From Trueperaceae bacterium (GTDB lineage: Bacteria > Deinococcota > Deinococci > Deinococcales > Trueperaceae): a stretch of 64,000 nt of DNA. Made by a program: the position numbers and the translations under genes. Positions 7,179 to 15,277 of the stretch are shown piece after piece; positions within the stretch are counted from its first letter, which is position 1; each line of letters starts with the position of its first letter. The stretch spans positions 5,368-69,367 of the forward strand of contig JAABRX010000001.1 of assembly GCA_011390675.1 (NCBI GenBank), written 5' to 3'. The notes under the pieces are model-generated. The model worked only from the letters and a program-made list of their open reading frames with translations, was not told the DNA's origin and did no database searches.

Positions 7179-8584
7179 CAGAAGCGGAAGTAGAGGAACG
7201 GCGAGGCGGTGTCGGCGAGCGCGCGGCCGACGCCCAGGACGAAGAGCGGGACGAGGAGCGCGACCCGCGGCGCGGCGAGCGCCAGACGCGGCCGGGTCGC
7301 CGGCTGGCCGGACGGTCGCGGGACGAAGGCGAGCGCCAAGCCGATCGCGAGCGTCGCGAGGGCGCGGGGCTCGAGCTGCCACGCGAGCTCGCCGGTCACC
7401 GGGAACCCGTGCGCGCCCACCAGGCCGCCGAGCATCGCGAGCGCCGCGGGCAGGCCCTCCGCGCGGAAGAGCACCCAGCCGAACAGCACCACGGCGAAGG
7501 TGCCGACGGTGCCGAACGCTCCGGGCCACGCGGGGCGGTCGCCGCGGACGCCGCGCAGCCGCTCGGCGATGAGCCACGCTCCGTGCCACGCCCCCCAGAG
7601 CACGAAGGTCCACGCCGCGCCGTGCCACAAGCCTCCCAGGAGCATGACGAGCGCGAGGTTGCGGTAGGTGCCCAGCGGGCCGCGGCGGTTGCCACCCAGG
7701 GGCACGTAGAGGTAGTCGCGCAGCCAGGTGGAGAGGCTGATGTGCCAGCGGCGCCAGAACTCGGTGATGCTGCGCGCCTGGTACGGCCGGTCGAAGTTCT
7801 CGGGGAAGCGGAAGCCGAGCATCCGGCCGAGGCCGATCGCCATGTCCGAGTACCCGGAGAAGTCGAACAGGAGTTGCACCGCGAAGGCGAGCAAGCCCAG
7901 CCACGCTTCGGCCGCGCTCGGTGCCGCGAGCGCGAAGGCGCCGTCGGCGATGGGGGCGACCGCGTCGGCGATCAGCACCTTCTTGACGAAGCCGAGCATG
8001 AAGCGCTCCGCCCCGGCGGCGAACGCCGCCCGGTCGATGATCGGCGCGGCGAGCCGGTCGGCGATCGTCTTGTAGCGGACGATGGGCCCCGCGATCAGCT
8101 GCGGGAAGAGCGCGATGTAGGCGGCGACGTCGACCGCCCGCGCGTCGTCCGGCGCGTCGCGGCGCGCGACGTCCACCACGTAGCTGATCGCCTGGAACAC
8201 GTAGAACGAGATCCCGATCGGGAGCACGACTTCCAGGAGCGGCAGCGGCCGCACCCCGACGCCGTCGAGCAGCGCGTTCAGGCTGGCGACGCCGAAGTCG
8301 GCGTACTTGAAGTACGCGAGCGTCGCGAGCTGCGCGCCCACGCCCCACGCGAGCGCGCGCCGCCCGGAGGGCGTACCGCGCCCGCGCGCGACGGCGCGGC
8401 CGGCCGCGATCGCGAGGAGCGACGACAGCGCGAAGACGAGCGCGAAGTCGGGGCGCCACCAGGCGTAGAAGGCGTACGAGCCCACCAAGATGGCCAGCGT
8501 GCGCCGCTGCGGCGGAAGCAGCGCGTACCCCGCCAAGAAAACCGGCAGGAACAGGAACAGGAAGACGGTGGAGGTGAAGACCAC
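7178..8584 (-). CDS. MBOAT-family O-acyltransferase (AlgI/DltB/PatA-like)
   Basis: 468-aa polytopic ORF. Motifs: FWRRWHISLSTWLRDYLYVPLGGN and GGLWHGAAWTFVLWGAWHG. Confidence 0.9.
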   Translation of the reverse strand: MVFTSTVFLFLFLPVFLAGYALLPPQRRTLAILVGSYAFYAWWRPDFALVFALSSLLAIAAGRAVARGRGTPSGRRALAWGVGAQLATLAYFKYADFGVASLNALLDGVGVRPLPLLEVVLPIGISFYVFQAISYVVDVARRDAPDDARAVDVAAYIALFPQLIAGPIVRYKTIADRLAAPIIDRAAFAAGAERFMLGFVKKVLIADAVAPIADGAFALAAPSAAEAWLGLLAFAVQLLFDFSGYSDMAIGLGRMLGFRFPENFDRPYQARSITEFWRRWHISLSTWLRDYLYVPLGGNRRGPLGTYRNLALVMLLGGLWHGAAWTFVLWGAWHGAWLIAERLRGVRGDRPAWPGAFGTVGTFAVVLFGWVLFRAEGLPAALAMLGGLVGAHGFPVTGELAWQLEPRALATLAIGLALAFVPRPSGQPATRPRLALAAPRVALLVPLFVLGVGRALADTASPFLYFRF

Positions 8585-8599
8585 GCCCCGACCCCGCGG

Positions 8600-9259
8600 T
8601 TATTCGCCGGCGGCGGTCAGCACGAACGCGACGATGCCGTCGGCGGTCGTGGTCGCGACGACCGCGTACGCGACGCCGCGCTCGAAGGTGCGGGCCTCGA
8701 GGCGCGCGACCACGGTGCCGCCGTCCACGACCACCAGCTCGGTGGTCGCCTCGGCGACGGCGACCGCGTCGTGGGCGCCCGGCGGCACCGCGGCGACCAC
8801 GGTCGGCCCATCGGGCACCTGGAGGTCGAGGCCCTCGCGCTCGGTCAGGTTCACGAGCCCGAGCAGGCCGCGCGAGATGTCGCGCAGCCCCGGGTCCGGC
8901 ACGACGACCACGCCGTCGCTGGTGGCGGCGACGGTGGTGAAGGACTCCGGACCCACGTCGAGCGTGACGGCGTCGCCGCCCACGTCCAGGCGCACCGGAC
9001 CGGGCGCCACGAGGGCGTAGCGGGTCGCATCGAAGAGCGCCAACACCCGCGTGCTGCCGTCGGCGATGCGCACGGCCACGCCGCCTTCGGCACCGATGTT
9101 GACGACGCGCACCCATGCGGCTTCGACGGGGGCTTCGGGGCCGTAGAGGCCACCGTGGGCGGAACCGATGAGCGCCGCGAGCGTCAGCAGCGCCGGGAGC
9201 GCGAGCGCGCCGCGGCGTTGGGCGCGGGGGCGGGGGAGGGGCGAGTCGTCCATGCGCAC
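8600..9259 (-). CDS. Periplasmic AlgF-like protein (tentative)
   Basis: 219 aa with a signal peptide. The mature N-terminus GLYGPEAPVEAAWVRVVN resembles, from memory, the LYGP..AP start of Pseudomonas AlgF. It lies 15 nt upstream of the MBOAT gene. Confidence 0.45.
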   Translation of the reverse strand: MRMDDSPLPRPRAQRRGALALPALLTLAALIGSAHGGLYGPEAPVEAAWVRVVNIGAEGGVAVRIADGSTRVLALFDATRYALVAPGPVRLDVGGDAVTLDVGPESFTTVAATSDGVVVVPDPGLRDISRGLLGLVNLTEREGLDLQVPDGPTVVAAVPPGAHDAVAVAEATTELVVVDGGTVVARLEARTFERGVAYAVVATTTADGIVAFVLTAAGE

Positions 9260-9415
9260 GACGGTATCCGATGCGGATGAGGCGGACCTCGCCGCGGGTT
9301 GCGAATCGTGTCGGCCACCTCACACCATGCCGTAGCAAATGCGGTACCGTAGCAATTCAGGTACTCGTTCACCCGCGCTCACCCGCTTCGTTTCGCTCCC
9401 GCCCCGGAGGACTTC

Positions 9416-9685
9416 ATGACCGCCACGCTCACCACCGCCGCCATGCTGCTCGTTCCGTTCCTGGCCGTCGTGCTGATCGGTGCCGTAGCGGTCGCGATCC
9501 ACGACGCGATCGAGCGGGCGTGGGCGGGTCGTACGACCTCGGCGAGCATGGGGGCGAACGCGTCGGCGGCGCGTCGGCCGGTCGCGCTTCGGGGGGATCA
9601 CCGGCGAGGTGCCCCCGTCGTCCTGGCCCGCTCGGCGTCGACGCGGCGTCCGGAGCGGCGCGCGCCGGTGGCGCTGGTTCGCTGA
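9416..9685 (+). CDS. Small hypothetical membrane protein (89 aa)
   Basis: ATG is preceded by GGAGGA. N-terminal hydrophobic helix (AAMLLVPFLAVVLIGAVAVAI). Very high third-position GC in this frame by hand. Confidence 0.4.
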   Translation: MTATLTTAAMLLVPFLAVVLIGAVAVAIHDAIERAWAGRTTSASMGANASAARRPVALRGDHRRGAPVVLARSASTRRPERRAPVALVR

Positions 9686-9811
9686 GCGAGGGGCGCTGGG
9701 CGGCGCTGCGCGCCGTCGACCGCGAGCCGGACGACGCGGTGGAGCTGCTCGTGTTCGCGCGTCGGCTCGGTGGCCGCACGCTGGCGCCCCGTGCGCGGGC
9801 TGCTGCCCCCC

Positions 9812-9817
9812 TACACT
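9812..9817 (+). promoter_or_regulatory. -10-like TACACT, 6 nt upstream of the ligA ATG (candidate leaderless promoter)
   Basis: TACACT-gacgtc-ATG read directly. No SD. Confidence 0.4.
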
Positions 9818-9823
9818 GACGTC

Positions 9824-11914
9824 ATGCCCGACGCCCCCCCTCCCGCGGACGCCGCCGCCCGCGCCGCCGAGCTCCGCCGCGCGATCGCGCACCACGACCG
9901 GCTGTACTACCAGGACGACGCCCCCGACATCAGCGACGAGGCGTACGACGCGCTGTGGCATGAGCTCAAGGAGCTCGAGGCGGCCCATCCCGAACTCGTG
10001 ACGCCCGAGAGCCCCACCCAGCGGGTCTCGGGGACGCCGCTCGACGGCCTCGAGAGCGCCGAGCACGTCGCCCCCATGCTCAGCCTCGACTCCAGCGCCA
10101 AGGAGGAGGCGTTCCGCCAGTTCGACGCGCGCCTGCGCAAGGCGCTCGGCGACGACGTCCCGCTGCGCTACTCGCTCGAGCCCAAGCTCGACGGGTTGTC
10201 GATCGAGCTCGTCTACGAGGGCGGCCGCCTGACCCGCGCGGTCACCCGCGGCGACGGACGCACCGGCGAGGTCATCACGGCGAACGCGCGCACCATCCGC
10301 TCGCTGCCCCTCGAGCTCGACGGCTCGGTGCGGCCGTTGCCGCCGCTGCTCTCGGTGCGCGGCGAGGTGTTCTTGGCGCTGCAGGCCTTCGACGACGTCA
10401 ACGAGCGCTTGATCCAGGAGGGCAAGCCGCCCTTCGCCAGCCCCCGCAACGTCGCCGCGGGCACGGTGCGCCAGCTCGACCCCGCGCTCGCTGCCTCGCG
10501 CCCGCTCTCGGTGTACGCCTACGACGTCCTCGAGGCGGGCGCTGGCGACGATGGCCACGGAGCGCTCGCGACCCACACCGAGGTGCTCGCGGCGATGCGC
10601 GACTGGGGTCTCCCCGTCAACCCCGAGAACGCGCTCGCGGACGACGCCGATGGGGTGTGGCGTGCGTTCGAGGCGTTCGCCGAGCGCCGCGACCACCTGC
10701 CGTACGAGGTCGACGGCCTGGTCGTCAAGCTCGACGACCTCGCCGCCCGGCGGCGCCTCGGCACCACCGCCCACCACCCGCGCTGGGCGTACGCGATCAA
10801 GTTCGCGCCGCGCAAGGAGGTGAGCCAAGTGCTGCGGATCATCGCCAGCGTCGGGCGCACCGGCGTGGTGACGCCGGTGGCGCTCCTGCGGCCGGTGAAC
10901 ATCGGCGGCGTGACGGTCGCCCGCGCCAACCTGCACAACCGCGAGGACGTCGAGCGCAAGGACATCCGCGAGGGCGACACGGTTCGCGTCGAGCGCGCGG
11001 GCGACGTGATCCCCCAGGTGATCGAGCGGATCGAGGTCGCCGGCGCCGAGGAGCGTGGCGCTCCGTTCCGGATGCCCGAGCGCTGCCCCAGCTGCGGCAC
11101 CGAACTGGTCGCGCGAGGCCCCTACAGCCTGTGCCCCAACGCCTTCGGCTGCCCGGCGCAGGCCGTGGCGCGGCTCGTGCACTTCGGCAGCCGCGCAGCG
11201 CTCGACGTCGAGGGTCTGGGGGAGGTCACGGCGCGACTGCTCGTCGAGGAGGGGCTCGTGAAGGAGCTGCCCGATCTGTTCGACCTGCGCGCGGCCGACT
11301 TCGAGCGGCTCGAGGGGTTCGCCGAGCTCTCGGCTGCGAACCTCGAGGCGAACGTCGCGAAGGCGGCGGCCACGACCCTGCCGCGCTTCCTGGTGGCGCT
11401 CGGCGTGCCCGACACGGGTCCTGCGGTGGCGCGCACCCTAGCCGGGCGGTTCGGGAGCGTCGAGGCCCTGCGCGCCGCCGACGCCGACACGCTGGCCGCC
11501 GTGCACGGCATCGGCCCGATCATGGCCGAAGCGATCGCCGGCTTCTTCGCCGACCCCAAGAACGCGCGCGTCGTCGACGCGCTCCTCGACGGGCGCGTGC
11601 AGGTGGCACCCTTCGAGGTGGTCGCACCGGCCTCCGACGCGCTCGCAGGCACCACCCTGGTCTTCACCGGCGCGCTGGAGCGCTTCACTCGCGGCGCCGC
11701 CGAGGCGCTCGTGGCCAAGCTCGGCGGCAAGGCGGCCAGCAGCGTCAGCACCAAGACCACCCTCGTGGTCGCCGGCGCCGATGCCGGCAGCAAGCTCGAG
11801 AAGGCCGTGGCGCTCGGGGTGCCGGTCGCCGACGAGGAGGGCTTCCTCGCCTTCCTGGAGGAGCGCGGGGTGGCGCCGGGCGAGGTCGCAGCGTTGGTCG
11901 GAGGTGCCGAATGA
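9824..11914 (+). CDS. ligA: NAD-dependent DNA ligase
   Basis: Adenylation motif EPKLDGLS. Zn finger CPSCGTELV..CPN..CPAQ. HhH region and C-terminal BRCT (TLVFTGALERFTRGAAEALV). Internal ATG 9824 of track ORF 9770..11914 chosen. Confidence 0.95.
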   Translation: MPDAPPPADAAARAAELRRAIAHHDRLYYQDDAPDISDEAYDALWHELKELEAAHPELVTPESPTQRVSGTPLDGLESAEHVAPMLSLDSSAKEEAFRQFDARLRKALGDDVPLRYSLEPKLDGLSIELVYEGGRLTRAVTRGDGRTGEVITANARTIRSLPLELDGSVRPLPPLLSVRGEVFLALQAFDDVNERLIQEGKPPFASPRNVAAGTVRQLDPALAASRPLSVYAYDVLEAGAGDDGHGALATHTEVLAAMRDWGLPVNPENALADDADGVWRAFEAFAERRDHLPYEVDGLVVKLDDLAARRRLGTTAHHPRWAYAIKFAPRKEVSQVLRIIASVGRTGVVTPVALLRPVNIGGVTVARANLHNREDVERKDIREGDTVRVERAGDVIPQVIERIEVAGAEERGAPFRMPERCPSCGTELVARGPYSLCPNAFGCPAQAVARLVHFGSRAALDVEGLGEVTARLLVEEGLVKELPDLFDLRAADFERLEGFAELSAANLEANVAKAAATTLPRFLVALGVPDTGPAVARTLAGRFGSVEALRAADADTLAAVHGIGPIMAEAIAGFFADPKNARVVDALLDGRVQVAPFEVVAPASDALAGTTLVFTGALERFTRGAAEALVAKLGGKAASSVSTKTTLVVAGADAGSKLEKAVALGVPVADEEGFLAFLEERGVAPGEVAALVGGAE

Positions 11915-13722
11915 CGGTCCCCAGGGCGTTCTCGAACGCGGTCGTCGCCGCGCGCCTCGAGCGGCTGGCCGACCTGCTCGAGCTCTCCGGCGCCAACCCG
12001 TTCCGGGTGCGCGCCTACCGCACCGCCGCCGCCACCGTCGAGGCGCACCCCGAGCGCGTCGGCGACCTCGTCGCGCGCGATGCGCCGCTCACCGACCTCA
12101 AGGGGGTGGGGAAGGACATCGCGGCCGCGATCGCCGCGCTCTACGCGACGGGCGCCATCCCCGCCTTCGACGAGCTCGCCCGCGAGGTGCCGCTGGGGCT
12201 GCTCGACGTGGTGCAGGTGCCGGGCGTCGGGCCCAAGCGCGCGCGTTCGCTCTGGAAGGACCTCGCGGTCACCAACCTCGACGACCTCGAGCGCGTGGCC
12301 ACCGAAGGCAAGGTCGCCGCGCTCGCCGGCTTCGGCGCCAAGACCCAGGCGAAGGTCCTCGCGGGCGTCGCGCAGGTGCGGCGCCGCGCCGGGCGCCGGC
12401 GGCTGGGCGACGTCGATGCTTGGTTGCGGCCGCTGCTCGCGGCGCTGCGGGCCGTGCCCGGCGTGCGCCGCATCGAGGTCGCGGGCAGCGTCCGGCGCGG
12501 CCGCGCCACCATCGGCGACGTCGACCTGCTCGCGGTCGCCGACGACGGCGCGGCGCTCATGGCCGCCCTGCGCGAGCACCCGGACGTCGCCGAGGTACTC
12601 GGAAGCGGCGCGACCAAGACCAGCGTCCGGTTGGAGGGCGACCTGCAGGTCGACCTGCGGGTGGTGCCCGAGGAGAGCTTCGGCGCCGCCTGGCAGTACT
12701 TCACCGGCTCGAAGGCCCACAACGTCGCGCTGCGCCAGCGCGCGATCGAGCGGGGGCTGCGGCTCAACGAGTACGGGGTGTTCCGGGGCGGCGAGGAGGG
12801 CGCGGACGCCGAAGCGGGCGCCGACCCGCAGCGCGGCGAGCGCGTCGCCGGCGCCGACGAGGCCGAGGTGTACGCCGCGCTGGGCCTGGAGTGGATCCCG
12901 CCGGAGCTGCGCGAGGACCGCGGCGAGGTGGCGCAGGCCGCCGACGGCCGCCTGCCGCGCCTGCTGGCGCAGGACGACCTGAAGGGCGACCTGCACCTGC
13001 ACTCCACGTGGTCCGACGGCAAGGGGGACGTGCGCGCGATGCGCGCGGCCTGCTCCGCCAAGGGGTACGCCTACCACGGCCTCACCGACCACTCGCAAGC
13101 CCTGAAGATGACCGGGGGCCTGGACGCCGCCAAGCTCGAGCGCCAGTGGGCCGAGCTCGACCAGGTCGCTGCGGAGGAGGCCGAGGCCGGCGCACCCATG
13201 CCGGCGCTGCTGCGCGGGCTGGAGGTCGACATCCTCAAGGACGGCACGCTCGACCTCGACGAGGCGTGGCTCGCGCGCCTCGACCTGGTGATCGTCTCGG
13301 TGCACGGGCACTTCGACCTCCCCGAGGCGGAGCAGACGGCGCGCATCGTCAAGGCGCTGCAGCACCCGCGGGTGAACGTGCTCGCGCACCCGACGGGGCG
13401 CCTGCTGGGCGAGCGCGAGGGGTACGCCGTCGACCTGGATGCGATCTTCGAGGTGGCGGCGGCGCATGGGGTGGCGATCGAATGCAACGCCTCGCCGTAC
13501 CGGCTCGACCTCGGCGACGTGGAGCTCGCCCGCGCGGTCGCGGCCGGGTGCACCGTGGTGGTGAACTCCGATGCCCACTCGGTCGCCGGGCTCGACGTGA
13601 TGCCGTACGGCGTGGTCACGGCCCGGCGCGCGGGCCTGGGGCCGGAGCACGTGCTCAACGCCTGGAGCGAGGCGCGGGTCCGGGCGTTCCTGACCAAGGG
13701 CGACGGGCCCGACCGCTCCTGA
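11911..13722 (+). CDS. polX: Family X DNA polymerase with C-terminal PHP domain
   Basis: In frame of track ORF 10657..13722. HhH motifs (LKGVGKDIA, VPGVGPKRA). Catalytic GDVDLLAVADDG. PHP motifs (HLHSTWSDG, LTDHS, NSDAHS). ATGA overlap with the ligA stop. Confidence 0.9.
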   Translation: MTVPRAFSNAVVAARLERLADLLELSGANPFRVRAYRTAAATVEAHPERVGDLVARDAPLTDLKGVGKDIAAAIAALYATGAIPAFDELAREVPLGLLDVVQVPGVGPKRARSLWKDLAVTNLDDLERVATEGKVAALAGFGAKTQAKVLAGVAQVRRRAGRRRLGDVDAWLRPLLAALRAVPGVRRIEVAGSVRRGRATIGDVDLLAVADDGAALMAALREHPDVAEVLGSGATKTSVRLEGDLQVDLRVVPEESFGAAWQYFTGSKAHNVALRQRAIERGLRLNEYGVFRGGEEGADAEAGADPQRGERVAGADEAEVYAALGLEWIPPELREDRGEVAQAADGRLPRLLAQDDLKGDLHLHSTWSDGKGDVRAMRAACSAKGYAYHGLTDHSQALKMTGGLDAAKLERQWAELDQVAAEEAEAGAPMPALLRGLEVDILKDGTLDLDEAWLARLDLVIVSVHGHFDLPEAEQTARIVKALQHPRVNVLAHPTGRLLGEREGYAVDLDAIFEVAAAHGVAIECNASPYRLDLGDVELARAVAAGCTVVVNSDAHSVAGLDVMPYGVVTARRAGLGPEHVLNAWSEARVRAFLTKGDGPDRS

Positions 13723-13846
13723 GCGGCGCAGCATGAAGGCGAAGGGGCGCTGTGTTCACCGCTCGTTCACGGCGCGCGCGCCTCGGCGTGTCATCATCCC
13801 ATCGGCGCCGCCGCGACCCACCGGGGTCCCCGCCCGCCGTTCGACC

Positions 13847-14275
13847 ATGCCCAAGGCCCTGCGACCCCACCCCACGCCCCGGCGCGCCGCGGCGTGGACC
13901 GTCGTCGTGGCGTGGGCGGCCGCCGTCGCGGCCGCCGCCGGACTCGTCGGCACCCCGTACGACCACGTCGCCGACGCCTTGCTCGAGCACCTGCACGCGG
14001 AGCGCGTCGCCTGCCCGGTGGCGGTCGGCGAAGCGACCGTGTGCTTCGTCGTCGAACCGGGGCGTGCCGCACCGCTGGCCGAGGCGCTCGACGCCTTCGT
14101 CGCCGACCACGCCGGCGCGCTGGAGGTCGGACCGTGGCACTCGGGCAACGGCGCCCACCGGGTCACGCTGTACTGGGACGACGACCTGTGGGGCGGCCTC
14201 GAGGTCTGGTTCGCCGAGCACGGCGCGACCCGCGTCGAAGGCCGGTTCGAACACGTCGCGAAGCGCCGCGATTGA
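13847..14275 (+). CDS. Hypothetical membrane-anchored or secreted protein (142 aa)
   Basis: Internal ATG of track ORF 13733..14275. Hydrophobic N-terminus (AAAWTVVVAWAAAVAAAAGLV). Third-position GC above 90% by hand. Confidence 0.5.
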   Translation: MPKALRPHPTPRRAAAWTVVVAWAAAVAAAAGLVGTPYDHVADALLEHLHAERVACPVAVGEATVCFVVEPGRAAPLAEALDAFVADHAGALEVGPWHSGNGAHRVTLYWDDDLWGGLEVWFAEHGATRVEGRFEHVAKRRD

Positions 14276-14309
14276 CGTCCCGACCACCGGACGGCGCCTT
14301 CGGCCTACG

Positions 14310-15002
14310 ATGAACGGCGACGTGCCCGGTTCCGCCCTCTCCACCGCGATCGGCGACTACCTCAAGGCGATCTGGATCGTCGGTCAGGGCGAGCGCGCCA
14401 CCACGAGCGCGCTCGCCGAGCACCTCTCGGTCTCGGCGTCCTCGGTCTCCGGCATGCTCGCGCGCCTGCAGGCCCAGGGATGGGTGACGTACGAGCGCTA
14501 CAAGGGCGCCACCCTCACCGAGCGCGGCGCCGCCGAGGCGCTGCGCTTGCTTCGGCGCCACCGGCTCATCGAGACCTTCCTGATCGAGTACCTGAGCTAC
14601 ACCTGGGACGAGGTGCACGAGGAGGCCGAGGCGCTCGAGCACGCTATCAGCGACCGCTTCACCGAGCGCCTCGCCGAGCGCCTCGGCCACCCGACGCACG
14701 ATCCCCACGGCGACCCGATCCCCACCCGGCGCGGCGGTCTGCCGCGGACCCCGGACCTGGCGCTCGACGAGCTGGAGGTCGGCGACCGCCTTCGCGTCGC
14801 GCGCTTGCGCACGCAGGACGCCTCGCTGCTGGCGCACCTCGACGCGCTTCGGATCCGCCCCGGCCAGGTGGTGACGGTCGTCCGCCGGACGCCGGAAGCG
14901 GGCGTCGTCCACGTGCTCGTCGACGGCCACGAAGCGGTCCTGTCGCAGCCGGTGGCCGGCGTGGTGCGCGGCGCGCGCGGCAAAGGGGAGGGGGCGGCGT
15001 GA
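14310..15002 (+). CDS. DtxR/MntR-family metal-dependent transcriptional regulator with a C-terminal FeoA/SH3-like domain
   Basis: 230 aa in frame of ORF 13752..15002. Motifs: DYLKAIW, HTH (TTSALAEHLSVSASSVSGMLARL), RRHRLIETFL, EVHEEAEALEH, HPTHDPHGDPIP. Confidence 0.85.
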   Translation: MNGDVPGSALSTAIGDYLKAIWIVGQGERATTSALAEHLSVSASSVSGMLARLQAQGWVTYERYKGATLTERGAAEALRLLRRHRLIETFLIEYLSYTWDEVHEEAEALEHAISDRFTERLAERLGHPTHDPHGDPIPTRRGGLPRTPDLALDELEVGDRLRVARLRTQDASLLAHLDALRIRPGQVVTVVRRTPEAGVVHVLVDGHEAVLSQPVAGVVRGARGKGEGAA

Positions 15003-15277
15003 GCGGCGCCCCGAGGATGCTCGAGCGCACCGGGCCGCTCCAGCCCGATCTGTTCTCGGGAACGCAGGTGCTCGAACGGGTCTTGGGCCACAGCCGAACC
15101 GTCGTCCGCCTGCGGCTGCGGCCGCTCGGCGGCGGTCGGGTGCGGGTGGAGGAGGCCGCGCGCCGGCTCGCCGGGCGGGCGCGGTTCGATCCCTGGCCCG
15201 AGGAAGAGGGCCGCGAGGTCGCCTTCGAGCGGCTCGGGTTCGCGGTCGGCTACGCCGACGTGTTCGGACCTGGCTGA
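14999..15277 (+). CDS. Small hypothetical protein (92 aa from GTG 14999; 86 aa from ATG 15017)
   Basis: GTGA overlap with the regulator stop. Third-position GC about 90% in this frame by hand. No recognisable family. Confidence 0.35.
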   Translation: MSGAPRMLERTGPLQPDLFSGTQVLERVLGHSRTVVRLRLRPLGGGRVRVEEAARRLAGRARFDPWPEEEGREVAFERLGFAVGYADVFGPG

